Made by a program: the position numbers and the translations under genes. Under the pieces are notes generated by a model. It was not told where the DNA came from. It did not search any database and saw only the letters and a program-made list of their open reading frames with translations. Of a DNA stretch of 64,000 nt, positions 33,649 to 44,081 are shown piece after piece. Numbering within the stretch: the stretch's first letter is position 1; the number at the start of each line of letters is the position of its first letter. The DNA comes from an uncultured Alphaproteobacteria bacterium (GTDB taxonomy: Bacteria; Pseudomonadota; Alphaproteobacteria; HIMB59; GCA-002718135), in assembly GCA_902560725.1 (NCBI GenBank), contig CACEMR010000001.1:134713-198712 (forward strand), read 5' to 3'.

Positions 33649-35447
33649 CTATCTTTCATTTTTAGAGCATTTAAAAATGTATTTTGAGGAATATCAACCT
33701 TACCAAACTGCCTCATTCTTTTTTTGCCCTTTTTTTGTTTATCTAAGAGTTTATTCTTTCTAGTTACATCTCCACCATAAAGTTTTTGTGTGACATCTTT
33801 TCTAAACGAGGCTACTGTTTCTCTTGCTATGATTTTTCCGCCAATTGCGGCTTGAATAGCTACTTTAAACTGCTGTCTAGGTATTAAATCTTTAAGCCTT
33901 TCGCACAACGCTCTACCCCTTTGTTCAGATCTATCTTTATGTACTATTAAAGATAGTGCATCGACAGGATCTCCGTTAATTAATATTCCAACCCTAACTA
34001 AATTATTAATTTCATACCCAGTAATCTCATAATCAAAGCTTGCATAACCCTTTGTTATTGATTTAAGTCGATCATAAAAATCAAATACGACTTCATTTAA
34101 TGGAAGCTTATATTCTACAAGAGGTCTATTTCCAGCATAACTCATATTTAATTGTATACCTCTTTTAGATGTACATAATTCCAAAACTGAACCCAGAAAT
34201 TCTTCAGGCACGATAATTGTTGCTCTAATCCAAGGTTCAGAGATATTTTCAACTTTTACAGGATCTGGCATATCTGTTGGATTATGAAGATCAATTGAAT
34301 TTCCATTTTTTAATAAAATTTTATAAACTACAGAAGGTGCAGTTGTTACAAGCTCTAAATTAAATTCTCTTTCAAAACGATCTCGGATTATTTCTAAATG
34401 AAGTAAACCTAAAAAACCACATCGAAAACCATAACCTAAAGCAGGACTAACTTCTGGCTCATAAGAAAAACTAGAATCATTTAATGCTAACTTAGCCATA
34501 CTATCTCGCATATGTTCATAATCATCTGAGTCAACTGGAAACATTCCACAAAAAACAACTGGCTGAGAAGGTTTAAATCCTGGTAATACCTCATCAGTTG
34601 GAATTTTATCATCAGTTATTGTATCTCCAACTTTACAATCAGAAACACTTTTAATACCCGAATTAATAAAGCCAATTTCCCCTGGTCCTAACGATTCTAC
34701 TTCAGTTGCTTTAGGAGAAAATATTCCAACCCTATCTATTGTATATGTTGCACCTGTAGCCATAAATCTAATTTTTTGTCCTTTTTTTAGTTCTCCGTTT
34801 ACAACTCTCACAAGAACGACAACACCGAGATAACTGTCATACCAACTATCAACTAACATACATTTTAATTCCTTATCAATTTGACCAGAAGGTGCTGGTA
34901 GTAGTTTTATAATTTTATTTAATAAGTCATCTATTCCTTCGCCTGTTTTTGCAGAAACAAGAGACGCATTATCAGTTTCAATTCCCAACACTTCTTCAAT
35001 TTGAGAATTTATTTTTTCTGGTTCGGAGGATGGTAAATCAATTTTATTTAAGACAGGTAGTATCTCATGGTTGTTGTTTATTGCTTGATAAGCATTAGCT
35101 AATGTTTGTGCCTCCACACCCTGTGTTGAGTCTACTATTAAAAGTGATCCCTCACAAGCTGCAAGAGATCTGGAGACTTCGTAAGAAAAATCAACGTGAC
35201 CAGGAGTATCCATGATATTTAAAATATATTTTTTCCCATCTTTAGATTTATAAGAAAGTCTTACTGTTTGAGCTTTAATAGTAATACCTCTTTCCCTCTC
35301 TAGATCCATAGAGTCTAGGACTTGTTCTTTCATTTCTCTATCAGTCAGACCACCGCAAAATTGTATAAGTCTATCAGCTAAAGTAGATTTTCCATGATCT
35401 ATATGTGCAACAATAGAAAAATTTCTTATAGAACTAAGTTCTGTCAT
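33645..35447 (-). CDS. lepA: translation elongation factor 4
   Basis: [21 protein letters not shown]1 motif, [12 protein letters not shown], and the conserved LepA C-terminal domain. Confidence 0.95.
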   Translation of the reverse strand: MTELSSIRNFSIVAHIDHGKSTLADRLIQFCGGLTDREMKEQVLDSMDLERERGITIKAQTVRLSYKSKDGKKYILNIMDTPGHVDFSYEVSRSLAACEGSLLIVDSTQGVEAQTLANAYQAINNNHEILPVLNKIDLPSSEPEKINSQIEEVLGIETDNASLVSAKTGEGIDDLLNKIIKLLPAPSGQIDKELKCMLVDSWYDSYLGVVVLVRVVNGELKKGQKIRFMATGATYTIDRVGIFSPKATEVESLGPGEIGFINSGIKSVSDCKVGDTITDDKIPTDEVLPGFKPSQPVVFCGMFPVDSDDYEHMRDSMAKLALNDSSFSYEPEVSPALGYGFRCGFLGLLHLEIIRDRFEREFNLELVTTAPSVVYKILLKNGNSIDLHNPTDMPDPVKVENISEPWIRATIIVPEEFLGSVLELCTSKRGIQLNMSYAGNRPLVEYKLPLNEVVFDFYDRLKSITKGYASFDYEITGYEINNLVRVGILINGDPVDALSLIVHKDRSEQRGRALCERLKDLIPRQQFKVAIQAAIGGKIIARETVASFRKDVTQKLYGGDVTRKNKLLDKQKKGKKRMRQFGKVDIPQNTFLNALKMKDS

Positions 35448-37837
35448 TAGTTTCTTATAGAAGCTTCAAATGATTTTGATATTACATCGATAATTTGTTT
35501 AGATAAGTTTTCAATTTCTTGATCACTAAATGTTTTATCTTGAGGCTGCATTAAAACTCTGAAAGCAATACTTTTTTTATTATCAGGTAATTTATCTCCA
35601 TCATATACATCAAATATTGTAACTTTTTGTATTAAGTTCTTATCAACCTTCTTTACTTTTTTTATTATTTCATTTGCTTCAATTTCTCTAGAAAAAAGAA
35701 AGGCAAAGTCTCTTTCAACCATTTGATATGGATTATTGATAAAAGCACCTCTTGATGAAGATTTATTTTCTTGAAATCGAGAAATATTTTCAATGAAAAT
35801 TTCAAAACCAAATACTTTAAAATTAATATCCATATTTTTTAATAAAATTGGATGAATTTCTCCAAAATTGGCAATTATATTTTTTCCCAATCTTAATGAA
35901 GAAGACTTGCCAGGATGATAGATTTGGCCATTTATTTTTTCATATAATAAATTTTCAGTAGGTACATTAAGGCTGATCAAAACTGAAAAGAGATCTGCTT
36001 TAATTGAATACACATCACTATTTTTTTTATTTGATAACCAGTTTGACTCATCAATTAAACCATAAGATATTGATGTAGCAACATTTTCCTGCAAATCAGA
36101 GAGGGATTTAGAGAAATTAGGACCTACCTCAAATATTTTTGCACTGGAATACATGCGAGCTTTATTTTGATTAACTGCTTCTAATAAATTTGGAATGGTA
36201 GATGGCCTCATTGTATTTAAATCACTACTAATTGGATTTTTTAAACCTATTGTTTCATTAGAAATAATTTTAGCCTTATTTTCATCCATAAATGACCAGG
36301 TAACAACTTCTGAATATCCTTTTGATGCAATAATTTTTTTTATTTTATGAAAAGTTTTAATAGAAGTATTTAATATTTCTTTTTTCACTTCTTCATAATT
36401 TATATTTTTTACAGGTATTTTATCAAAACCGTATATTCTTATAATTTCTTCAACTATATCAGCTTCACCAACAATATCAGGTCGAAAGGTGGGGATTTCA
36501 ATTTCAAGATTGGATTTTAATTCTTTAACAATAAAACCTAAAGACTTAAGAATTTTTATCTGGTCTTTAATTTCAACTTCAATACCTCCAAAAGTTTTTA
36601 CCATATTTGTATCAAAAGAAATTATTTTTCTTTTGTCTGTGTCTAAATTTGAAGATACATATTCACTTGCCTCTCCCCCGCATAACTCACTTATCATTTG
36701 ACTTGCGGCGTCCACACCCCAATGAATAGACTCTGCATCTATACCTCTTTCAAATCTGTATCTTGCATCACTTTGTAGATTTAATTTCCTTCCAGTTTTT
36801 GTAACAGAAATTGGATCAAATAAAGCAACCTCTAAAAATACATTCTTTGTGTCCATGCTACATCCACTTTTTAATCCACCCATAACACCACCAATGCCAT
36901 GAAGATTTTTATTATCATCTGAGATAACAATCATCTCTTCATCGCATTTATAATTTAATTCATTTAAAGCCATACATTCTTCTTTATTTTCAGCTAATCG
37001 CATTGTTAAATTTCCTGATACTTTGTCAGCATCATAAACATGAAGAGGGCGGCCAAGATCAAATGTCACATAATTAGTTATGTCTACTAGTGCTGAAATT
37101 GGTCTTAACCCTATAGCTTTAAGTCTTTTTTGAAGCCACTGAGGACTTTCAACATTTTCAACATTTTTAAAATACCTACCAGCTACTCCAGGGCATAATT
37201 TTTTATCTTTAAAATCTTTTTTCCATTTCATTGGACTTTTAAAAGTATCTTTAATTTTTTTAAATTTAAGTTCTTTTAACTTACCAGCACCTGCTGCAGC
37301 TAAATCTCTTGCAATACCTCTAACCGATAAGCAATCTGATCTATTAGGTGTTAAGTTTATTTCTATAATCGGTTCTTCTAATTTAAATATCTTACTAAAT
37401 TGATCACCAACTTTATAATCGCCTTTTACTTCTATAATGCCATCATGTTCATCTGAAATGCCCATTTCTCTCTCTGATACAAGCATACCACATGACTCAA
37501 CACCTCTAATTTTAGTTTTTTTTAAATGTAAATCAGTACCTGGAATATAACTATTTTCTGGTGCAAATATTCCTAACATTCCCTCTGTGGCATTAGGTGC
37601 TCCACATACTACTTGAAACTCACCATTAATTGTCATAACTTTACACACCTTGAGTTTATCAGCATCAGGATGTTTCTCAGCTTTTATTACTTTAGCAACA
37701 GTAAAGTATTTAAAATCTTCAGACTTATCCTCTACACTTTCTATTTCTAATCCAATGTTAGTAAGTGTTTCTGTTATAGTTTTAAGATCCTTTGATGTTT
37801 CCAAATGATCTTTTAGCCAGTCTAGCGTAAACTTCAT
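35447..37837 (-). CDS. pheT: phenylalanine--tRNA ligase beta subunit
   Basis: 796 aa, [13 protein letters not shown]-terminus, and B3/4, B5 and FDX-ACB domain order. Adjacent to pheS. Confidence 0.95.
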   Translation of the reverse strand: MKFTLDWLKDHLETSKDLKTITETLTNIGLEIESVEDKSEDFKYFTVAKVIKAEKHPDADKLKVCKVMTINGEFQVVCGAPNATEGMLGIFAPENSYIPGTDLHLKKTKIRGVESCGMLVSEREMGISDEHDGIIEVKGDYKVGDQFSKIFKLEEPIIEINLTPNRSDCLSVRGIARDLAAAGAGKLKELKFKKIKDTFKSPMKWKKDFKDKKLCPGVAGRYFKNVENVESPQWLQKRLKAIGLRPISALVDITNYVTFDLGRPLHVYDADKVSGNLTMRLAENKEECMALNELNYKCDEEMIVISDDNKNLHGIGGVMGGLKSGCSMDTKNVFLEVALFDPISVTKTGRKLNLQSDARYRFERGIDAESIHWGVDAASQMISELCGGEASEYVSSNLDTDKRKIISFDTNMVKTFGGIEVEIKDQIKILKSLGFIVKELKSNLEIEIPTFRPDIVGEADIVEEIIRIYGFDKIPVKNINYEEVKKEILNTSIKTFHKIKKIIASKGYSEVVTWSFMDENKAKIISNETIGLKNPISSDLNTMRPSTIPNLLEAVNQNKARMYSSAKIFEVGPNFSKSLSDLQENVATSISYGLIDESNWLSNKKNSDVYSIKADLFSVLISLNVPTENLLYEKINGQIYHPGKSSSLRLGKNIIANFGEIHPILLKNMDINFKVFGFEIFIENISRFQENKSSSRGAFINNPYQMVERDFAFLFSREIEANEIIKKVKKVDKNLIQKVTIFDVYDGDKLPDNKKSIAFRVLMQPQDKTFSDQEIENLSKQIIDVISKSFEASIRN

Positions 37838-38896
37838 TTATAAGCCTGATCTTGTTTGACTATCTAAAACACTAAAACCATAGTGCTCTAACCACCTATA
37901 ATTTGGATCAAAAAAACTTCTTAGATCACTAATGCCATATTTAAGCATAGACAATCTTTCAATACCCATGCCAAAAGCAAAACCTTGATATTTTTTTGAG
38001 TCAATATTACAATTTTCAAGTACGATAGGGTTTACCATACCACAACCTAAAATTTCTAACCAATCATCACCTTCACCTATTTTAATTTTATTATTTATTT
38101 TTGTATATGCTACATCCATTTCTGCGCTTGGTTCAGTAAAAGGAAAGTAACTTGGACGAAAACGGTATTGTAAGTTTTTAACCTCAAAGAATTCTTCTAA
38201 AAAAGTGACTAATGTTGATTTTAAGTCTACCATAGTAGAACTTTCGTCTACAACTAAGCCTTCTACCTGATGAAACATAGGAGCATGAGTAGCATCAGAG
38301 TCACTTCTATATGTTCTACCTGGAACAATAATTTTAATTGGAGGTTTTGTATTTAACATTGTTCTAACTTGAACAGGACTAGTATGTGTTCTCAAAACAT
38401 TATTACTCTCATCTCCATTAATATAAAATGTATCTTGCATCTCTCTTGCTGGATGATGCTCAGGAATGTTTAATGCGGTGAAATTATTAAAATCAGTTTC
38501 TATATCAGGTCCTGTTTCAACTACATAATTAAGATTACCAAAAATCTCTATTATGCTGAAAATTGTTTGACTAATAGGGTGTATCTTACCCTGTTCACTT
38601 ATATTAGGAGGTAATGTAACATCAATAGTCTCAGAATTAAGTTTTTTTTCTATTTCTTTGTTTTCAATATTTATTTTTTGATCTTTAATCGTCTCTTCAA
38701 TTAGTTTTTTTATTATATTTAATTCTTGCCCTTTAGATTTTTTTTCTTCAATAGATAAAGATCCCAGTCCTTTTAATGCTTCAGGTATAAGACCTTTTTT
38801 TCCTAAATAATAAAGTCTAATTTTTTCTAAATCATCAAGAGAGACGGCGCTCTTAATTTTATTTAGTATATTGTTTTTGTCTTCAGCCAAAGCCAT
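37838..38896 (-). CDS. pheS: phenylalanine--tRNA ligase alpha subunit
   Basis: Class II motifs are present: FRPSYFPFTEPS and GFAFGMGIERL. Confidence 0.95.
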   Translation of the reverse strand: MALAEDKNNILNKIKSAVSLDDLEKIRLYYLGKKGLIPEALKGLGSLSIEEKKSKGQELNIIKKLIEETIKDQKINIENKEIEKKLNSETIDVTLPPNISEQGKIHPISQTIFSIIEIFGNLNYVVETGPDIETDFNNFTALNIPEHHPAREMQDTFYINGDESNNVLRTHTSPVQVRTMLNTKPPIKIIVPGRTYRSDSDATHAPMFHQVEGLVVDESSTMVDLKSTLVTFLEEFFEVKNLQYRFRPSYFPFTEPSAEMDVAYTKINNKIKIGEGDDWLEILGCGMVNPIVLENCNIDSKKYQGFAFGMGIERLSMLKYGISDLRSFFDPNYRWLEHYGFSVLDSQTRSGL

Positions 38897-38925
38897 TACA
38901 GTCTATTATATTTTAATAATTTAAA

Positions 38926-39279
38926 TTATCTAGAAGATTGAGCTTTATCAACTAATGCTTTGAATGCATCAGGCTGATTCACTGCAAGATCCGCTAAAAT
39001 CTTTCTATCAATTTCAATAGAAGATTTTTTTAAACCAGAAATAAATTGAGAATATGTTAGGCCATGCATTCTAACTCCAGCATTGATTCGCTGTATCCAA
39101 AGACCCCTAAAATCGCTTTTTCTTTTTTTACGATCTCTGTATGCATACTGCATACCTCTCTCCACAGCTTGTACTGCTACTCTGAATACATTTTTTCTTC
39201 TACCATAATAACCTTTAGCTCTTTTAATAACTTTTTTGTGTCTCGCTCTTGCTGTAACACCTCTTGATACTCTTGCCAT
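38926..39279 (-). CDS. rplT: 50S ribosomal protein L20
   Basis: [18 protein letters not shown]-terminus, 117 aa. Confidence 0.95.
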   Translation of the reverse strand: MARVSRGVTARARHKKVIKRAKGYYGRRKNVFRVAVQAVERGMQYAYRDRKKRKSDFRGLWIQRINAGVRMHGLTYSQFISGLKKSSIEIDRKILADLAVNQPDAFKALVDKAQSSR

Positions 39280-39291
39280 AATTAATCTCCC

Positions 39292-39492
39292 CTACTTGTT
39301 GTATGGTAACATGTGATCAATCAAAGCAGAGTCACCAGGTGACATAATTGCTGATCTTTTTGTGTTACGGATAAATTTGTTAGAACGTTTACTCATCCCG
39401 TGTCTTTTTCCAGCAGGTTTAAATTTAATTTTTCCTGTTCCTGTTCTAGAAAATCTTTTTTTTAAACTACTTTTAGTTTTAAGCTTGGGCAT
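39292..39492 (-). CDS. rpmI: 50S ribosomal protein L35
   Basis: [15 protein letters not shown]-terminus, 66 aa. An AAGGAG Shine-Dalgarno lies 6 nt upstream. Confidence 0.95.
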   Translation of the reverse strand: MPKLKTKSSLKKRFSRTGTGKIKFKPAGKRHGMSKRSNKFIRNTKRSAIMSPGDSALIDHMLPYNK

Positions 39493-39522
39493 TGCAATCT
39501 CCTTTATTTAAGTTTACCGTTA

Positions 39523-39538
39523 GGCTGCCCCGCAGGCC
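39523..39538 (-). promoter_or_regulatory. GC-rich hairpin in the infC-rpmI spacer (possible rpmI-rplT leader/operator element)
   Basis: The minus strand reads GGCCTGCGGGGCAGCC, giving a stem GGC(C)TG/CAGCC with a 5-nt loop, about 30 nt upstream of the rpmI ATG. It is the only GC-rich stretch in a 100-nt AT-rich spacer, and no U-tract follows. Confidence 0.35.
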
Positions 39539-39592
39539 ATAACAAGTTTTTAAGGCTTATACTTATAAATAGATCTTTTGCAATATTTAGAA

Positions 39593-40132
39593 TTATTTAG
39601 CGACTTGAGGGACTAAAATCATCATTATTTGTTTTCCCTCAAATTTTGGAGCCACCTCTACCTTAGCATATTCCTCAACCTCTGTTGTTAGTTTTTTTAA
39701 GAGGTCAAATCCTAAATTTTGATGCTCCATCTCCCTGCCCTTAAAACGCATTGATACCTTAACCTTGTTTCCTCCTCCAATAAATTTTGAAAGAGCTTTA
39801 ACTTTCACATTATAATCGTGTGTATCTATTCCAGGTCTCATTTTAATTTCTTTTACTTCTATTGTTTTTTGCTTCTTTTTTGCCTCTTTTTTACTTTTTT
39901 GTTCTCTATATTTTAATTTTCCATAATCAATAATCTTACAAACTGGTGGATTTGCCTCTGGAGAAACTTCAACCAGATCAAATCCTTCATCTTCAGCTTG
40001 TATAAGAGCTTCACGAATACTCAATATTCCTAACTGTTTTCCATTACTAGATATCAGCCTTACTTCACTTGCAGTGATTTGCTCATTGATTCTTGGACCA
40101 ATATCTTTTTTTGTTTTGAAGTTAATGGCCAA
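39593..40132 (-). CDS. infC: translation initiation factor IF-3 (non-AUG start)
   Basis: GPRINEQITASEVRLI N-domain and the conserved C-domain (EVKEIKMRPGIDTHDY). No in-frame ATG exists near the N-terminus. Candidate starts are TTG 40132 or ATT 40126. Confidence 0.9.
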   Translation of the reverse strand: MAINFKTKKDIGPRINEQITASEVRLISSNGKQLGILSIREALIQAEDEGFDLVEVSPEANPPVCKIIDYGKLKYREQKSKKEAKKKQKTIEVKEIKMRPGIDTHDYNVKVKALSKFIGGGNKVKVSMRFKGREMEHQNLGFDLLKKLTTEVEEYAKVEVAPKFEGKQIMMILVPQVAK

Positions 40133-40289
40133 AATTATATAGGGATTATGTTAAAGCTATTATTTAATAGCATATTAAGAAATTAAGTGTTTTGTCATAT
40201 TTTGTTAGGATATAATCTCAAATGAAATTAAATTCAAGAGCTGATTTTATAAAAAAATTAAATTGTTTTTAAGTTATTAAATAGAAAAT

Positions 40290-41291
40290 ATGAGAATTTG
40301 TTTAGTGAGAATTGATAAAATGGGTGATATGATACTTACCCTTCCAATTATACAAGCATTAAATAGAGATAAGAATGAAATTGATGTTATATGCTCACAA
40401 AGCAATTTTAAAATTTGTAATAAATTAAATATAATTAACAAAATTTATTTACTTCAGAAAAATTTTTCTAAAATTTTAAATACTATTATAAAAATAAGAA
40501 AAGAAAATTATGATTATTTTTTTACATTTAGTCCTGGAATATTAAGTATACTGATTTCTATTTTCTCTGGAAGTAAAACAAAATCATTATTAATTCTTAA
40601 ATCTCGTTATAAAAATAGCTTTTCAAGTAAGATGTTGGAAAAAATACTTGGAAATTTCTTTTATGATTATTACTTAATAGTAGATAGACGACTAAGGTTT
40701 TCAAAAAAAAATTCGATTCACCAAACTGAATTAATGAAAGAATTAGTTATTAAAAGTGGGCTAAAAATAAATGATACTGATGAAATCAAAGAACTATTCC
40801 ATTTAAAAAGATTAGATTATAATCTAAAAAAATTGTGTCTAATTCATCTATCATCAAAATGGATTAATAAATATTTTACAGAAAACAAATTTATAGGCTT
40901 ATTAGAAAAGCTAAAAAACTCAAAAATTAATATAGTGATGACAACTGATGAAACATCAGAAAATGTATTCAAAGAAATATTTAAGAAATATGAAATTATT
41001 AATAATAATCAGTTTAAAAATTTAAAAGACATTAATAAAATTATAATATTAGATAAATTGAACTTCGATAATTGGGTCTCAATAATTAATTCCTCAACAT
41101 TGGTAATTACACCTGAAAGCGGGTGTACCCATATAGCTTCACTATCTGATAACAAGCTTTGTGTTATTTATGATGCAGATAACTTACCAGAAATGATTTC
41201 CAGTGAATATACACCTTGGAAAAAATCATATACAAAACTTTTTTCAAATGATCTTAATTTAATTGAGAAAATAGTGTCATTTACTGATTAA
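40290..41291 (+). CDS. family 9 glycosyltransferase (LPS heptosyltransferase-like)
   Basis: N-terminus ICLVRIDKMGDMILTLPII and C-terminal TPESGCTHIASL (GT9 D/E-S-G-x-x-H-x-A type motif). Confidence 0.65.
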   Translation: MRICLVRIDKMGDMILTLPIIQALNRDKNEIDVICSQSNFKICNKLNIINKIYLLQKNFSKILNTIIKIRKENYDYFFTFSPGILSILISIFSGSKTKSLLILKSRYKNSFSSKMLEKILGNFFYDYYLIVDRRLRFSKKNSIHQTELMKELVIKSGLKINDTDEIKELFHLKRLDYNLKKLCLIHLSSKWINKYFTENKFIGLLEKLKNSKINIVMTTDETSENVFKEIFKKYEIINNNQFKNLKDINKIIILDKLNFDNWVSIINSSTLVITPESGCTHIASLSDNKLCVIYDADNLPEMISSEYTPWKKSYTKLFSNDLNLIEKIVSFTD

Positions 41292-42212
41292 TTTTTTTTC
41301 ATTCAAAAAATCTATAACGGTCTTAATTGATAATTTATCCATTGAGTCAGTAAGTATTTTATATGCATTTTTATACTCTGATAAATTTGATTTTGAGACA
41401 ACATTATCTTTTCCTAAAAAAAGAATTGGTGAATGACTTAAAGCTGCTATGTGACCTGGACCAGTATCATTACTAATAATTAAATCACTAATTTTTGAAA
41501 GTGAGTAAATTATTTCAGGTGGTGATTTACCAGTTAGATTAATAATTTTTTCACAGGATTTAACTATTGGATCTAAAGTTTCTTTATCTGACTCTTGTCC
41601 AACAATGCAAATTTGATAACCTTTTTTTTCTAGAGTTTTTGCGAGCTCGCCAAATTTATTTGGTGACCATTGTTTGTGCTTTCCTGATTTAGAAACACAA
41701 GGTATCATTAATATTATTTTATCACCTTTAATTTCTAAAGTATCAATTGATAACCAATTTATATCTTGCACAAAATTATTAATCCCAATTAATTTTAGCT
41801 GGTTATATAATCCTCTTTGTGGTGACTCTTTACCTTGCAGAGGAATAGTATATTTTATATCAGAGTTAGATCTAGAACCATTAATAGTCACTTTTGAAAT
41901 TAATTTTAATAAAAACCAATAATTGTTTGTACGTTTTGAATTTTGTAAATCTATAATAAGATCATATTTTTTTCGATTTAATTTATAAATAATTTTTAAA
42001 GAACTTAATACTCCCCCTCTGTTATCTTGTATGATATTTGTAAAATGATCTGATTTACTAAGAAAATTCTCATATTTTGCTTCTGTAAGTAAATCAATTT
42101 TTGCATTATAAAACTTTTTCTTAATTGAGGCCATGGCAAGTAGGGAAAAGGCTATATCGCCAAGTGAGCCATGTTTTACAACAAGAATTTTATTATATTG
42201 ATTCTTGTTCAT
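41277..42212 (-). CDS. family 9 glycosyltransferase (LPS heptosyltransferase-like)
   Basis: ILVVKHGSLGDIAFSL N-terminus and NDTGPGHIAAL motif. Confidence 0.75.
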   Translation of the reverse strand: MNKNQYNKILVVKHGSLGDIAFSLLAMASIKKKFYNAKIDLLTEAKYENFLSKSDHFTNIIQDNRGGVLSSLKIIYKLNRKKYDLIIDLQNSKRTNNYWFLLKLISKVTINGSRSNSDIKYTIPLQGKESPQRGLYNQLKLIGINNFVQDINWLSIDTLEIKGDKIILMIPCVSKSGKHKQWSPNKFGELAKTLEKKGYQICIVGQESDKETLDPIVKSCEKIINLTGKSPPEIIYSLSKISDLIISNDTGPGHIAALSHSPILFLGKDNVVSKSNLSEYKNAYKILTDSMDKLSIKTVIDFLNEKKLISK

Positions 42213-43320
42213 ACAAGTTAAAATAATTTTTTACCATTTGAGATTTAGAAAATGATTTTATTATATAATCTCTACTAAAAGATGATACATTTGAAAATTG
42301 CTCTTTGTCTAATTGTATAATATTTTTTAATTTTAAGACAATGTTTTCATATTGATGTTTATTTACTTTATAAATATCATCTAAATTTTCTAACTGATCT
42401 TTTACTCCACCATAGTTAAAAGCTATAATTTTTTTTTTCATAATTAAAGCTTCACTAATAGTTCTTCCAAATCCTTCGGCTTGTAGAGGAAATGATGCAA
42501 CAACTGCAGATAGGTGATAAAAGATTTTTAATTCATCTCTATTTAAATTACCAAAAATTTTGCAATTGTTATTAAGATTTAAATTATGAATTTTATTCTG
42601 CAACTTTGCAGTATATGATTCATTTTTTGTATCGCCCACAAAATATAGTAAAAGTTCACTATTTTGCATCTTATTAAATGTATCAAGAAACTCAAGCTGC
42701 CCTTTCCACTTTGTTAATCTTGCTGGATAAAGAATTATTTTTTTTGATAAATCAATTTTATATTTATTGATTAAAATTTCTTTATCATTATCTGATATTT
42801 TTTTATCAAAGTATTCAACATCAACACCTCTATTAATAACAGTAATTTTATTTGAGTCTAACTTATACTTTTCAATAATTTCATTTTTCACATAATTAGA
42901 AATTGCTACAATTTTATTAACTTTTGATAACTTTTTATTGTAAATTTTTTTTAAATATGAGTTTCCACTATAAACATTATGAAATGTTGAAATTGTTTTA
43001 AAATTTTTATTTTTTATAAAGCTTAAAATCCAAGCTGGTGCTCTGGAACGCACATGAACCAAGTTAATATTATTTCGATCTATTAATTTTTTAAGTTTAT
43101 TTGCAATTAATGGATAATGAAAAAAATTTTTGGAGCCAACTGATAATTTAAAATGTGTTGTATAATTCTTATCTAATTCAGATTCTAAACGCCCACCATG
43201 AGAAATTATATTATTGCTAATTTTTAATTCAGATAAATAGTTAGAAACTTCAATAGTTCCTCTTTCAACACCACCAGAATCTAAAGATGGCAGGATTTGA
43301 GCGACATTAAATGATGACAT
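42193..43320 (-). CDS. family 4 (GT-B, group 1) glycosyltransferase
   Basis: ILPSLDSGGVERG N-terminal motif and the C-terminal E-x7-E region (QAEGFGRTISEAL). The start is placed at MSSFNVAQI. The track ORF extends 9 codons further, to 43347. Confidence 0.75.
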   Translation of the reverse strand: MSSFNVAQILPSLDSGGVERGTIEVSNYLSELKISNNIISHGGRLESELDKNYTTHFKLSVGSKNFFHYPLIANKLKKLIDRNNINLVHVRSRAPAWILSFIKNKNFKTISTFHNVYSGNSYLKKIYNKKLSKVNKIVAISNYVKNEIIEKYKLDSNKITVINRGVDVEYFDKKISDNDKEILINKYKIDLSKKIILYPARLTKWKGQLEFLDTFNKMQNSELLLYFVGDTKNESYTAKLQNKIHNLNLNNNCKIFGNLNRDELKIFYHLSAVVASFPLQAEGFGRTISEALIMKKKIIAFNYGGVKDQLENLDDIYKVNKHQYENIVLKLKNIIQLDKEQFSNVSSFSRDYIIKSFSKSQMVKNYFNLYEQESI

Positions 43321-43349
43321 TTTATTAAAATATAAGTATTTTATCAAAG

Positions 43350-44081
43350 ATGCCTTACTTTATTAATAAGAAAAAAGAAAGAATTCGCTATAAATCTATA
43401 AAAGGTAAGGTTCCTGGTATTATATTTATTCACGGTCTTAACTCAGATATGAGTGGGCAAAAAGCTTTATCTATTGAGAGATTTGCAAGAAAAAATAAGC
43501 TAAGTTTCATTCGTTTTGAATGTCGCGGTCATGGGAAATCAGATGGAAAATTTGAAGATTTTACCATTTCAGATTGGAAAAAAGACTTATTAGACATCAT
43601 AGATAATATTGCTAAAGGGCCCCAAATACTAGTTGGTAGTAGTATGGGTGGGTGGTTAATGTTTTTAGCTGCTAAAGCAAGACCATCGAGAGTCACTGGA
43701 ATGGTTGGACTTGCAGCAGCACCAGACTATATAGATGATTTTTACAATAATCTTCCAGTTAAGAAAAGGAAGGAGTTAAATAATAAAGGATTTATAAAAT
43801 ATTCGTCTTATGGTTTTAGTTATCTTGTTAAAAAGAAATACATTCTTAATGGAAGGGAAAATAAAATTTTAAATAAAGAATTTAAATGGAACAAACCTTT
43901 AATATTAATCCAAGGGCTTAAAGATAATGTGGTAAAACCAAATTTACCAGAAAAAATTATAAAAAAAATAAAAGGAAATCAAATACAAATTAAACTTTTA
44001 AAGAATAGTGATCATCGATTATCAAAACCATTTGATTTGAAGGTAATAAATGAAGCTGTTGACTCTATTTTAAAAAATTAA
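43350..44081 (+). CDS. alpha/beta-fold hydrolase
   Basis: IIFIHGLNSD and the nucleophile elbow GSSMGG. The C-terminal DH (NSDHRL) is consistent with a catalytic triad. Confidence 0.7.
   Translation: MPYFINKKKERIRYKSIKGKVPGIIFIHGLNSDMSGQKALSIERFARKNKLSFIRFECRGHGKSDGKFEDFTISDWKKDLLDIIDNIAKGPQILVGSSMGGWLMFLAAKARPSRVTGMVGLAAAPDYIDDFYNNLPVKKRKELNNKGFIKYSSYGFSYLVKKKYILNGRENKILNKEFKWNKPLILIQGLKDNVVKPNLPEKIIKKIKGNQIQIKLLKNSDHRLSKPFDLKVINEAVDSILKN

Noticed and set aside
39523-39538. The GC hairpin between infC and rpmI as a rho-independent terminator
   Set aside because: No T/U tract follows on the transcribed (minus) strand, and rpmI-rplT must be expressed downstream. It is kept only as a possible leader element with low confidence.
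43321-43349. A 2-bp divergent spacer between the GT4 gene (track start 43347) and the hydrolase gene (43350)
   Set aside because: The GT4 N-terminal motif (ILPSLDSGGVERG) fits the internal Met at 43320 better, giving a 29-bp spacer. The extreme case was therefore reported only for 21037/21046, where both N-termini are well anchored.
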